DNA of 64,000 nt, taken from an uncultured bacterium. GTDB taxonomy: Bacteria; UBA8481. The DNA is taken from the NCBI GenBank assembly GCA_964499705.1, contig CAZCME010000004.1:124001-188000 (forward strand), given 5' to 3'. Both the position numbers and the translations under genes were made by a program. Numbering within the stretch: position 1 is the stretch's first letter; every line of letters begins with the position of its first letter. The notes under the pieces are model-generated. The model saw only the letters and a program-made list of their open reading frames with translations. It was not told where the DNA came from and did not search any database. Shown piece after piece: positions 1 through 9,310 of this stretch.

Positions 1-599
1 GCCTCCTCGGCGGCCGACTCCATCTGAGTGACATCCACGATGCCGGAGTCTTTCGTATCCTCCGCCACCTCGACGTCCTCCTCCATCTCCTCCACGACGC
101 TGTTCATCGAGGCGCCGTAGTGACGCCGCAGGGCATTTTCCAGCTCGGTCGCGGTCGTGACCACGAGGTCCAGTTTCAACCCCGTCAGTTCGCGGATCGC
201 ATCCATCGCGAAAACATCGAGCGGATCGGACATGGCGACGACGAGGCGTTCCTTGACGCGAAAGAGCGGTATGACGCGATGGCGGAGCGCGAGGTCGACG
301 GGGATCATCCGCAGCGTTTCCGGATCCATGATGTACTGGTCCATGTTTTCGTAAGGAAGATTGAGATGATTCGCGAGCGCTTCGGCAATCGCATTTTCCG
401 TGGTGAAGCCCTTCTCGATCATGATCCGGCCGACGCGAACGCCCGGAGTATCGAGCTGAGATTCGAGCGCGGCGATGAGCTGTTCCTCCGTGATGACTTC
501 CTGCGCGATGAGAATTTCACCGATGCGCTTTCGCGTGCGGCGTTCCATCGCGGCTCTGGCCACGGGAGCCGCGGGAGCCGCGGTAATCATCGCGGTCAC
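1..599 (-). CDS. PilB/GspE-family secretion/pilus ATPase, N-terminal MshEN part (runs off window start)
   Basis: Not in ORF track; manual translation from GTG 599 gives ...RKRIGEILIAQEVITEEQLIAALESQLDTPGVRVGRIMIEKGFTTENAIAEALANHLNLPY...IPVDLALRHRVIPLF...LVVAMSDPLD, the MshEN/GspE N-terminal pattern; GTGA overlap with upstream DGC stop. Confidence 0.85.
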   Translation of the reverse strand, partial: MTAMITAAPAAPVARAAMERRTRKRIGEILIAQEVITEEQLIAALESQLDTPGVRVGRIMIEKGFTTENAIAEALANHLNLPYENMDQYIMDPETLRMIPVDLALRHRVIPLFRVKERLVVAMSDPLDVFAMDAIRELTGLKLDLVVTTATELENALRRHYGASMNSVVEEMEEDVEVAEDTKDSGIVDVTQMESAAEE

Positions 600-1879
600 G
601 CGGACAGCACGAGAGCGGCGGGACGCGACATCCGCATGGCGCCGTCGCAGGATGCCGCATCCCTCGATGAGATCGTCACGCGGTTGCGCCCCTCCTGCTT
701 CGACTCGTAAAGCGCCTCGTCGCTCCGCTTGATGAGTGCGCTCTTGTCATCGCCCCTGGCGCCCGCCGCCACGCCGATCGAAAGAGTGATTCGATGAACC
801 TGGTTTTCGTACTCGAGAGGTGTGGATTCGACTCGAGCGCGGAGCAGTTCCGCCAGCGCGGCGCCCTCGGGCTCGCTCAGGCCCGGCAGAACAACGACGA
901 ACTCCTCGCCGCCGTATCGGGCCAGGAGCGCCATGTCGGGAATTTTCCCGGCATGTTCCTGGACAACTTGCGCGGCCACTTCCGCGACTTTGCGGAGCAC
1001 GGCGTCGCCGGTCTGATGCCCGTGCGTGTCGTTGAATTTCTTGAAGTGATCAATGTCGGCCAGCAGCAGCGTAACGATAGGAGCCTCGACAAGCGCACGA
1101 GTGAGATAATCCTGGAAGTACCTGTGATTATAGAGGCCCGTCAATCCGTCTCGCACAGCCTGCTCTCTGATGCGCCGCACAAACGCGGCGTTCTCGAGCG
1201 CAATCCCGCCCAGGTCGCCGAGGATCGAAAAGATCGCGCTCGCCTGGCGCACATCAGCGCGCTTGGGTTCCGAAAGAATCAGCATGCCGAAAAACTGGTC
1301 GCCGTGAATGATCGGCTGGATGTACGCGGCTTCCAGAGTATCCTGCGATGCCAGCGGAGTGTAAGCGCCGCCGTCGCGCGGCCGTATCCGGACATAAATC
1401 CTGCGCTCGCGAATCACGGTCTCGAAAGGATGCGGACGCTTTTTGATCGCCGAAGTCATTTCCGCCACGGTCCATCCACGAGGAGGCACGCCGATGACGA
1501 GAGTGTCGCCGGATCCATCCTGACTCATCTCGAGAAACGCAGAGCGTTCGACGTCGAGAATCGCCACGGCATGATCGTGAATGATCGCGAATATTTCATG
1601 CTCATCCGCCGAAGCGCCGAGCTTGCGGGCGAAATCCTTGAGCTGAACAAGTTGCGACGAGATCCGGTTCATCTCCTGCTTGCTCTTCGCCTGATCCGTC
1701 TCCACGGTTACGTTCCTGTCCTGCACCACTTTTTCATACCGGAGATTCTGCTCGCGATATCCCGCGATCTTGCGCGTCATCTCCGATCGCTGAACAAGAA
1801 GCCGGACCGTGGCGAACACGAACGGGACCAAGAGGACCGGGGCGAGATAAAACGCGACAGATGCGTCGGTCGGAATCAT
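596..1879 (-). CDS. Membrane-anchored GAF + GGDEF diguanylate cyclase
   Basis: N-terminal TM, coiled coil, GAF-like region, DGLTGLYN, DIDHFKKFND, ARYGGEEF, ALYESKQEGRNR. Confidence 0.93.
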   Translation of the reverse strand: MIPTDASVAFYLAPVLLVPFVFATVRLLVQRSEMTRKIAGYREQNLRYEKVVQDRNVTVETDQAKSKQEMNRISSQLVQLKDFARKLGASADEHEIFAIIHDHAVAILDVERSAFLEMSQDGSGDTLVIGVPPRGWTVAEMTSAIKKRPHPFETVIRERRIYVRIRPRDGGAYTPLASQDTLEAAYIQPIIHGDQFFGMLILSEPKRADVRQASAIFSILGDLGGIALENAAFVRRIREQAVRDGLTGLYNHRYFQDYLTRALVEAPIVTLLLADIDHFKKFNDTHGHQTGDAVLRKVAEVAAQVVQEHAGKIPDMALLARYGGEEFVVVLPGLSEPEGAALAELLRARVESTPLEYENQVHRITLSIGVAAGARGDDKSALIKRSDEALYESKQEGRNRVTISSRDAASCDGAMRMSRPAALVLSA

Positions 1880-2859
1880 GACGGGATCAACTGTCCATTA
1901 CGCGCGATGGATAGGATCTCGCCCGGATTGACGGTGATCGGCTGCGAGGCGCCCGATACTCGAACACGGCCGGAAACCACAGCGATCCGGATCGCGGTCT
2001 CATCCATCGTCACACGGAAGTGCGCCTGCGAGGAACTTCTCAGCCGCATGCCCGAGCAGACGATGGTTCCGCCGTCGCACTTCTCCCAGTCCATCGTTCC
2101 GGACAGGAGATAAATCCAGTACCCGGATTCATCGCCTCCCAGCCGGCCCGTCGCTCCATGGAAACTCACCACACCCGCGTCGGATCCCGGCGCGAGAACG
2201 GCGTCGCCCGAGGAGCGAAAGAACCCGTCCGCGATCGCGTCTCCGGAAATCAGCATCGCCATGGACCGATTCTCGGATGCCGCCGCGGGCGCAACAATCC
2301 GGCTTCGTCCCCAGATCTCGCCGGACAGAATCCGCCAGTTGGTATTGTCCGGAAGGGAACGCGAAACCGGCGCTGGCACAGCGACATTCTGTGTCACAGG
2401 AACGCTCCGAGTTTCCGCCGGCGCCGCAGGCGGCGCGGGGACAAGTGTTGGAGCGGGCTTCTCCGGCGGAAGAATCGCGAGCGACGGGTTCAGGCTCTTC
2501 GGGCGCGACGCGGAGGACGCCGGCTCGGCGGCAAGCCGTGTTGCCGGCGACGGGCGATTCTTCACAACATTCGACACCGCTGTGGCACGGACCAGAACAT
2601 CTGGAATCCGTGACACCCCCTCTGCGGTCATTGAATCCGGTATCTCGGTAACTGGAGTCACGGGAGAATCCGGAGCCGAATCTGTGAAGTCAATCGTAAT
2701 GCCGACTTTCTGAGTTTCAGGGAGCGCAGCGGGTGGCGCCGACGCCGCCGGCATCGCCGAAACGCTTGCCGGAGCGGCATCCATGGCGAATATGAGGAAC
2801 AGAACGACAAGACAGCAGCAGAGGATCGGCAGAACCGGCCCTCTCGGATCGATGCTCAC
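1876..2859 (-). CDS. Exported Pro/Ala-rich protein with C-terminal FecR-like domain
   Basis: Hydrophobic N-terminus, long P/A/S linker, C-terminal FRV...IRIAVVSGRVRV...ITVNPGE FecR-type pattern. Confidence 0.6.
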   Translation of the reverse strand: MSIDPRGPVLPILCCCLVVLFLIFAMDAAPASVSAMPAASAPPAALPETQKVGITIDFTDSAPDSPVTPVTEIPDSMTAEGVSRIPDVLVRATAVSNVVKNRPSPATRLAAEPASSASRPKSLNPSLAILPPEKPAPTLVPAPPAAPAETRSVPVTQNVAVPAPVSRSLPDNTNWRILSGEIWGRSRIVAPAAASENRSMAMLISGDAIADGFFRSSGDAVLAPGSDAGVVSFHGATGRLGGDESGYWIYLLSGTMDWEKCDGGTIVCSGMRLRSSSQAHFRVTMDETAIRIAVVSGRVRVSGASQPITVNPGEILSIARNGQLIPS

Positions 2860-2968
2860 GCGCGCCTGCTTCGTTGCGGACGCGCGGATGCTCGCTTCTG
2901 ATGTGATTCGCTCAATGGTCTCGGATTCATGTGCCTCAGATGTTATAGGCGAACGAGGGGTTCCTCCG

Positions 2969-3068
2969 ATATGGGGTTATACCCGGCGTATGGATATCCG
3001 ACCTTTAAATATTTCCGGCACCCAAGGTGTGTACCCCATATTAATCCCGCGCGTTGCCCCGCTACAAT
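2969..3068. promoter_or_regulatory. Divergent pair of 19-nt regulon boxes with -10-like elements
   Basis: 2969-2987(-) GCCGGGTATAACCCCATAT +21 nt TATAAC; 3023-3041(+) CAAGGTGTGTACCCCATAT +21 nt TACAAT (3063-3068). Confidence 0.7.
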
Positions 3069-3099
3069 GAAAGCCGGAGCAGAAAGGGACTTGCCTGTC

Positions 3100-3810
3100 A
3101 TGCAGCACATCATCGATCTGATACCCACTGTCCGCGTTCTCTTGATCTGGTCCCCTATCTCCGCACTCATCCTCTGGGGAGCGGCCCGATGCGCGGGAAC
3201 GTTTTGGTCTCGCGGAGTCCGGACGCCTTACACACGAAAAATATTTCACTTCATCATCTTCAGCTCCGCCGCGGCGATTCATTTCACCGCGGGAATCCAG
3301 GCGACGAGCGTCTTCGGAGGCGTGGTCGCTCTGGGCGTCCTCTTCGCCGTCGCCCGAGGAGACGGGTTTCCGTTTTACGAAGCGCTGGCGCGCCCGAGCG
3401 ATGCGCCGCGCCGGACATTCCATGTGATCGTGCCTCTTCTCGCGACGGCTGTCGGCGGGCTCGCCGCCAACTTTCTCGCGGGTCCGCTCGCGCCCGTCGG
3501 TTATCTCGTCGGAGGCTGGGGCGATGCGGTCGGGGAACCGGTCGGAACGAACTGGGGAAGGCATCGCTACCAGGTGCCGTCGGTGAAGGGTGTGAAATCA
3601 ACCAGATCATTCGAGGGATCCGCGGCCGTCTTCTTCGCGTCGCTCATTGCCGCCGCCATCGGCCTCGCGCTCCTGGATCAGGAACAGATATTCATGCGGG
3701 CCCTCGCCGTGGCGATTCCCGTCGTCATTGTGGAAGCGGTCTCCCCTCACGGCCTCGATAACTTCTTCGTGCAGGTGACCGCCGCCGGAGTCGCCGCATG
3801 GTCCCTGTAA
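3100..3810 (+). CDS. CTP-dependent polyprenol/phytol/diacylglycerol kinase-family membrane protein
   Basis: RKIFH, GWGDAVGEPVG..WGRH, RSFEGS, GLDNF motifs; multi-TM; start chosen at ATG 3100 after AAAGGGA. Confidence 0.8.
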   Translation: MQHIIDLIPTVRVLLIWSPISALILWGAARCAGTFWSRGVRTPYTRKIFHFIIFSSAAAIHFTAGIQATSVFGGVVALGVLFAVARGDGFPFYEALARPSDAPRRTFHVIVPLLATAVGGLAANFLAGPLAPVGYLVGGWGDAVGEPVGTNWGRHRYQVPSVKGVKSTRSFEGSAAVFFASLIAAAIGLALLDQEQIFMRALAVAIPVVIVEAVSPHGLDNFFVQVTAAGVAAWSL

Positions 3811-4565
3811 TCGGTATTCCACCACGGCGCGGCACCTGGAGCTTTGCGCTCGGCGTCGCCGGCATCATCGCCGCGATGTATTTCATCCTCGTCGTCATTC
3901 CCTTTAATGTCTTCGGACCGCGATTGCGCATCGTCGATGTGGCCATGCCGTCAGCCGATATCAAGCCGCTCAATCCTTTCCGCATCGGCCTCAATGTCGC
4001 CAACGACCGGTGGGGAGCGGGCGCGGCATACGTCGTCTTCTCCATTGAAGGTGAAACCGAGATCGAGGGAGCGGTCACGAGCATACCCGGGCGCGAGAAT
4101 CGGGACATATTCGTCAACGTCTCGATGGAGACCGGGGTCCGCAACGGATCGCTCATTCTTTATGACGCCATGCATGACAACCGGCGCATCGATGTCCGGC
4201 ACGGCGTACACGTCGTAGCCGGCTCTCTCGCGATTCGTCTCGTCGATGTCCAATATCCGAAAAATATTATCCGAGGAGAAACCATGGAGATCATCATGAA
4301 CTGCGCGGTCGACGATTCGGGTCCATTCGAAATTCTACCTGTGGCGATCGTGTACGACAGCGCTGGGAAAAGACCCGCCGAAACTAACGGGAAGGAAGTC
4401 ATGGTTACTCTTGGTCCCTGCGTCCTGAAACTCGCCGTGGCGACGGGTGATCTCGCACCCGGAACGCATCGGCTCACCGCGGGTCTCTTCGATCCGGATG
4501 AGATGGACTGGATCGATATCGAGCACAGGATCAGCCGTCGCGAATTTCGCGTGCTTGCCCGATGA
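3798..4565 (+). CDS. Membrane-anchored hypothetical protein (beta-rich, Ig-like?)
   Basis: N-terminal TM then beta-strand-rich sequence; overlaps both neighbours (operon-like). Confidence 0.6.
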   Translation: MVPVIGIPPRRGTWSFALGVAGIIAAMYFILVVIPFNVFGPRLRIVDVAMPSADIKPLNPFRIGLNVANDRWGAGAAYVVFSIEGETEIEGAVTSIPGRENRDIFVNVSMETGVRNGSLILYDAMHDNRRIDVRHGVHVVAGSLAIRLVDVQYPKNIIRGETMEIIMNCAVDDSGPFEILPVAIVYDSAGKRPAETNGKEVMVTLGPCVLKLAVATGDLAPGTHRLTAGLFDPDEMDWIDIEHRISRREFRVLAR

Positions 4566-5602
4566 AACGCGCCGCTCATCTGCTGGGATTCTGGCTCTGG
4601 CTTGGATTTTCCGGCGGCGCCATCGTTCTCCTGTTCGTCGCGACACCGATCGAAAGTTATCTCAAAGGTAAAGGCATGCCCCAGGTCAGGATCGACATGA
4701 TCCTCTCGGGAATCGCCCTGTCCTGGGTGGCCGCATCTTTTTTGGCCGCGAGGGCCGCGACCCGTCGCCTGCCGACTCCGCGCGGACGGTGGGCCGCGCA
4801 CGTCGCGGGCGCCACGGCCTGCGCCGTGGTCTTTACGATATTTCTTCAGGCGGGCGCCGGCGGCTTCGGATTCGCGCGGGCGGAAGAATCGAGCGAAGGC
4901 CGTTTCACCTTCGGTCCCTATCCCGATGAAATCGCGATCGCGCGCCTGAAACAAGAAGGCTACACCGGAATCATCTCGCTCCTGAATCCCCTCATTCCCT
5001 TCGAAGCGGTTCTGCTGGAGAAAGAAAGACAAGCGGTCGCCGCCGCCGGACTCAGCATGATCGAAGCCCCGATGCTCCCATGGGTGAGCTCCAATCGCGA
5101 ATCGCTGGACAAGCTCGTCCAGATGGCGTTCGCCGGCGCCAAAGATGGCAGTGCGAACAGCAAGCGTTACTACGTGCATTGCTATCTCGGACACCACCGC
5201 GTCGAACTGGCGCGGATCACGCTGATGGATGCCCAGGGAATCCGCGTTCAACCCGTCGACGCCGGTCTGCCGGAAGAATTCGAGCTCGGACCATTGACCT
5301 TGATCGGAGATTCGATCGTCGTCGGCCCGCTCCCGACGCAGGAGGAATATTTTCTGCTCCGAAGGGCCGGCGTGCGGCACATCGTGTCTCTCCTGAATCC
5401 CCGGACAGAATCAATCTGGTTGAAAGCAGATCAGGAAGCGGCGCGCGATCTGAATATGGAGCTGCACATACTTCCCGCGAACGATCCCTCCGAAGGGGCC
5501 GCGACGGCAAAAACGATTCGAGCTCTGCATGGAAAAGTCTATATCCACGCCTATCTCATCGACGAGCGCGCGCGGTTTGTCATGGAAAAATTGAATCGGT
5601 AA
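4562..5602 (+). CDS. Membrane protein with tandem Cys-based (PTP/dual-specificity-like) phosphatase domains
   Basis: 3 TM segments; domain 1 YVHCYLGHHR (Cx5R intact); domain 2 YIHAYLIDER (Cys lost); duplicated GP.P...IxSLLNP motifs. Confidence 0.75.
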   Translation: MKRAAHLLGFWLWLGFSGGAIVLLFVATPIESYLKGKGMPQVRIDMILSGIALSWVAASFLAARAATRRLPTPRGRWAAHVAGATACAVVFTIFLQAGAGGFGFARAEESSEGRFTFGPYPDEIAIARLKQEGYTGIISLLNPLIPFEAVLLEKERQAVAAAGLSMIEAPMLPWVSSNRESLDKLVQMAFAGAKDGSANSKRYYVHCYLGHHRVELARITLMDAQGIRVQPVDAGLPEEFELGPLTLIGDSIVVGPLPTQEEYFLLRRAGVRHIVSLLNPRTESIWLKADQEAARDLNMELHILPANDPSEGAATAKTIRALHGKVYIHAYLIDERARFVMEKLNR

Positions 5603-5676
5603 TGTTTTGCGCTTGAGTCTGATTGCGAAAACAGGCAAAGGCAGCAAGGATCCGGGCCTGGAGCGTGACAACAATA

Positions 5677-6270
5677 TTAGCGTTCGCTCTGGATCTTCCT
5701 CATCGCCTCTTCCTGCTTCTTTGAAATTTCCTTCAGGTGCCTGATGGCCCCCTTGATCTGGCTCCGGATTCGGCTCACATCGGCGACGATGTATTTCGCC
5801 ATCTCGTCCTCGAAAACGCGGAGAAGGCGCTCGGTATCGAATGGCTGAACCCAATGCACGGCCTCGATACCCTCAAAGTCTCGTTCTTCGCCGCGCGAAA
5901 GCTTCATGAGCGCGAGGTCGTGAATCTCGGGGACGTATACGATCAGATTAGTTTGATCGAATCCGGGAATCTTTTCCAACCGATCCTCCCAATTCCACGG
6001 AACGTTGGCGACTGCGGAGGCACGCTTGTTGATTTTCGGAAAGTCTGGATGGTTCTTCGATACGGACTCAACCGCCTTCCAGAAAGCATCTCCGGCTACA
6101 ATGTCGTCGGAGTCGATCACGTCGATATCTGTCGTCAGGTGGGAGCTGTTGTAACGAAGTGCGATCGCGCTTCCGCCAGCAATGATGACACGATCCGTTT
6201 CCGTCATGGCCTTGCTGACCTCGACCAGAACTTTGCGAAGAACTTCTTCAGAGAACGAAGCGTCTTCCAT
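5677..6270 (-). CDS. Nucleotidyltransferase-fold protein (DUF6036/AbiEii-like), putative TA component
   Basis: IIAGGSAIAL...TTDIDV; LALMKLSRGEERDFEGI. Confidence 0.8.
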   Translation of the reverse strand: MEDASFSEEVLRKVLVEVSKAMTETDRVIIAGGSAIALRYNSSHLTTDIDVIDSDDIVAGDAFWKAVESVSKNHPDFPKINKRASAVANVPWNWEDRLEKIPGFDQTNLIVYVPEIHDLALMKLSRGEERDFEGIEAVHWVQPFDTERLLRVFEDEMAKYIVADVSRIRSQIKGAIRHLKEISKKQEEAMRKIQSER

Positions 6271-6280
6271 GGTGGCCGGC

Positions 6281-7045
6281 CTATCCGTTCTGGAGCCGGG
6301 CGCGGAAATCCTGATCCGAATTGCTCAGGTAGAATCCCCATTCTTTTGCGACAGAGGCGGTGTTTTCTTTTACGGTGTTCTCACGCCCCTTTCGGAAGTA
6401 CCCCGAGAATGGAACTAGCCTTCGGTGATCCGGATTCGCGTGCGGCCATTCGTCTTCGTTAAAGAGTCTCCGGGCCGCCCGTTGCATTGCGGCGTCGTTG
6501 ACCAATGTCCCGGTATAGTCCCAGAGCATTCCAACCCGTCGCGGAAGACTTCGCCGCTGCGAGGCGGCCGCCCGTAACTTCTTCAACGAAAGGTCACGGT
6601 GCTTCGCCATGAATGCCGGAAGCAGCGAAAGCAGTGTAGCGTCGTGTTGCGCCAGGTCAACACCCAGAGCCAGAGCATCTTCCAAGGGAAGTCGGGCCGT
6701 CGTCTGATACTTGGGATAGACCGCAAGTCCATGCTCTCGAAGGGTCTCATACGCCGAGGCTTTTCTTTCGGCGGCGGCGGCGGCGCCGAACAAGTGCAGA
6801 AGTCCGGCGAGGAGAGGATGCTTTCGGAAGAGTTCGTAGGTGGTTGGCGTGGTGGAGTCATAAGAGAGGATCAGCCCTGCCTCGCACAACTCCCGGAGAA
6901 CCCTTCCAACCTGGGCAAGCGACACGGAGCATCTCTCCGCGAGATCGTTCGCCGTATATCGCCCTGCGGACGGTACGATCTCCCCCAGAACCGCTACCTT
7001 TGCCTCGGAACCGAGGATCTTGACGAGTGTCCTATCGACTTTCAT
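6281..7045 (-). CDS. Winged-HTH protein, putative antitoxin/regulator partner of the nucleotidyltransferase
   Basis: N-terminal HTH (YTANDLAERCSVSLAQVGRVLRELCEAGLI); 10 nt from downstream NTase; start at ATG 7045 supported by promoter geometry. Confidence 0.7.
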   Translation of the reverse strand: MKVDRTLVKILGSEAKVAVLGEIVPSAGRYTANDLAERCSVSLAQVGRVLRELCEAGLILSYDSTTPTTYELFRKHPLLAGLLHLFGAAAAAERKASAYETLREHGLAVYPKYQTTARLPLEDALALGVDLAQHDATLLSLLPAFMAKHRDLSLKKLRAAASQRRSLPRRVGMLWDYTGTLVNDAAMQRAARRLFNEDEWPHANPDHRRLVPFSGYFRKGRENTVKENTASVAKEWGFYLSNSDQDFRARLQNG

Positions 7046-7052
7046 ATATGCA

Positions 7053-7081
7053 AGTATATAATGCCTGGCCGACGATTTCAA
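7053..7081 (-). promoter_or_regulatory. Sigma70-type promoter, probably leaderless
   Basis: TTGAAA (7081-7076) -17 nt- TATACT (7058-7053) -7 nt- ATG 7045. Confidence 0.75.
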
Positions 7082-7271
7082 CTCTCATTCAAGGTGGTTC
7101 GCAAGGAAGGACTTCTGGCTAGCCGCGGTTCAGAGATACCACTTCATTGGAACCGATCATAATGCTTTATCGCCTGGGCGTGCGGCCGCGAGGTATCCCG
7201 TGCGATTCGAGTCGCAGATCCACTTTCTTGTTGTTGCCATGTTTGCGGGCTCCTCGATTTTTCACGCTCGC

Positions 7272-8633
7272 TTATGCCGCGGTCGCGATGTCGAGTCCGT
7301 AGCGTTGCAGAAGGTGCCTCATCGTGTTGCGGTGGATACCGAGCAGGCTCGCGGCTTCGGCGCGACGCCCCGAGGTCAGCGCGAGCGCGGCCTGGAGGTG
7401 TCCGCGCTTCACCGTGTCGAGCGTCGGAAAATTCGTGCGCGCCACACCACGCGCCGCGAAACCGGGCGCTATAACGCGGCGATCAGGCATCTCCGAGCGA
7501 ACATCCTCGGGAAGATGGTCGGGACGAATCGTACCGCCGCGCGAAAGTACAAGGGCACGCTCCATGGCGTTCTCCAGTTCCCGCACATTGCCGGGCCAGT
7601 CGTGACGCACCAGGAGATCCATCGCCGCCGGGTCGATCTCCCGATCCCCCGCGTCATGGCGGGCCAGATAACGAGCAACAAGCGGCGCGATCTCTTCCCT
7701 CCGCTCACGAAGAGGAGGAAGACGTACCAGAAGCACATTCAGGCGGTAGAAGAGATCCTCGCGAAACCGGCCGGCGGATACGGCGGCTTTCAAATCAGAA
7801 TTAGTTGCGGCAACAAGCCGGATATTGACCTTGATGGGACCGGCGCCGCCGAGCCGCTCGATCTCACGCTCTTGAATCGCGCGCAGCAGACGGACTTGTA
7901 CCTCTTCGGGAATCGTCCCGATCTCGTCCAGGAAAAGTGTTCCTCTCTCCGCGCGCTCGAACTTCCCCGTCCGCCGCGCCGCGGCGCCAGTGAAGGCGCC
8001 CTTCTCATGGCCGAAGAGTTCGGCCTCCAAAAGCGTAGCCGGAATCGCGCTGCAGTTCACCGCGATGAATGGTCCCTCCGAGCGATGCGAAAGACGGTGA
8101 ATGAGGCGGGCGATGACTTCCTTGCCGGTGCCGGATTCGCCGAGCAGCAGGATTGTCGAGTCCGTCGGAGCTGCGGCGCGGATGGTTTCGACGACTTCGC
8201 GCATGGCGGGAGACCGGGCGACGAGATCTTCCTCCGACACGCTTCGTCCCGCCGTCGCGCGCAGCCGCGCCAGTTCCTTCCGCGTCTCCAATGTCCGGAC
8301 CGCCCGGTCGACCAGAACGGATAGTTCGGTGGTACGAACGGGTTTAGTCATGTAGTGAAAGGCCCCTCGCCGCATCGCTTCGACTCCTTCCTCCACTTCC
8401 GCATAAGCGGTCACCAGAATGACCGGCGGAATATCTTCCCCGCCGCCGAGGAGATCCGTGCCGCGTCCGTCAGGGAGACGAATATCAGCGACGATCAAGT
8501 CGACTCCATCGCGCGCAGCCCGCGCGGCGGCGATGGAATGCGCGGCGCGCACTTCATGGCCCAGTGTCTCGAGCACTTCTCGCAGGATCTCGATATCCTG
8601 AGGTGAATCCTCGACCACCAGTATTTTCGCCAT
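7272..8633 (-). CDS. NtrC-family sigma54-dependent response regulator (REC-AAA+-HTH)
   Basis: REC (VVEDS, DIRLPD), GESGTGKE, GAFTGA, LFLDEIG, FREDLFYRL, WPGNVREL, Fis-type HTH. Confidence 0.95.
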   Translation of the reverse strand: MAKILVVEDSPQDIEILREVLETLGHEVRAAHSIAAARAARDGVDLIVADIRLPDGRGTDLLGGGEDIPPVILVTAYAEVEEGVEAMRRGAFHYMTKPVRTTELSVLVDRAVRTLETRKELARLRATAGRSVSEEDLVARSPAMREVVETIRAAAPTDSTILLLGESGTGKEVIARLIHRLSHRSEGPFIAVNCSAIPATLLEAELFGHEKGAFTGAAARRTGKFERAERGTLFLDEIGTIPEEVQVRLLRAIQEREIERLGGAGPIKVNIRLVAATNSDLKAAVSAGRFREDLFYRLNVLLVRLPPLRERREEIAPLVARYLARHDAGDREIDPAAMDLLVRHDWPGNVRELENAMERALVLSRGGTIRPDHLPEDVRSEMPDRRVIAPGFAARGVARTNFPTLDTVKRGHLQAALALTSGRRAEAASLLGIHRNTMRHLLQRYGLDIATAA

Positions 8634-8694
8634 CCCAACACCGCCCTTTCACTCGCACGACCAAGATGATGATAGGCAGGAATCCTCCCGGGCG

Positions 8695-8785
8695 ATATGG
8701 GGTACAGCCCCCAGCATCAGCGGAAAAGAACGGCGCGAGCGGTAGGTTTACTCCCCATAGCTGTTGAATCTTTTCCAGCTACAAT
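8695..8785. promoter_or_regulatory. Divergent pair of 19-nt regulon boxes with -10-like elements
   Basis: 8695-8713(-) TGGGGGCTGTACCCCATAT +20 nt TATCAT; 8742-8760(+) GTAGGTTTACTCCCCATAG +19 nt TACAAT. Confidence 0.7.
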
Positions 8786-8834
8786 TATATCAGGATGCGA
8801 AATATCCGTTCATTCGCGTCAAGGAGATGAAATC

Positions 8835-8984
8835 ATGTTAGAAACGATCCTGGCAATAATTGTCATCATGTGGCTTCTGGGGATGGTGACTTCGTACACG
8901 CTCGGAGGATTTATCCATATTCTTCTCTTCCTCGCCGTCGCGACTGTGCTCATCCGCATCATTCAGGGCCGCAAGGCGTTCTGA
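8835..8984 (+). CDS. lmo0937-family small membrane protein
   Basis: MLETILAIIVIMWLLGMVTSYTLGGFIHILLFLAVATVLIRIIQGRKAF; AAGGAG RBS. Confidence 0.85.
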   Translation: MLETILAIIVIMWLLGMVTSYTLGGFIHILLFLAVATVLIRIIQGRKAF

Positions 8985-8986
8985 CC

Positions 8987-9226
8987 GTGAAGAGCTTCGG
9001 AATATTTCTGCTGGCTCTCGGCATGATGGCGTGGGCTTATGAAGGGTTCAGCTATGCGTCCTGGAGCGCCATGATCGATTTCGGACCGATGGCGCCCACG
9101 TTCGAACCGGAGAAGATCATACCTATCTCGCAGGTTGTCGTTGCGGCGATTCTCATCGCGGGATCCGCTCTCCTGTACGCCGGAGCGAACCGATGCGCCG
9201 TCGCGAAGCGATATCCGCGATCCTGA
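8987..9226 (+). CDS. Small two-TM membrane protein (DUF3185-like)
   Basis: GTG start 2 nt after previous stop; FGIFLLALG..AYEGFSY....IDFGP....EKIIPI..TM. Confidence 0.6.
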   Translation: MKSFGIFLLALGMMAWAYEGFSYASWSAMIDFGPMAPTFEPEKIIPISQVVVAAILIAGSALLYAGANRCAVAKRYPRS

Positions 9227-9310
9227 TCGGCCTCGGTCGCCCGCCATCATGATGAGCGTAGCCGAGCTTGTGGTGAAGCTTTCCGAACTTGATGTTCTCA
9301 GGGAAGACGC

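Noticed and set aside
120-2113. Plus-strand ORFs 120-710 and 794-2113
   Set aside because: Shadows of the minus-strand MshEN ATPase and DGC
2969-3041. CCCCATAT read as a sigma32 -10 element
   Set aside because: No matching TTGAAA -35, and a separate -10-like hexamer follows 19-21 nt later; an activator site fits better
7200-8324. 374-aa plus-strand ORF
   Set aside because: Shadow of the NtrC-family gene
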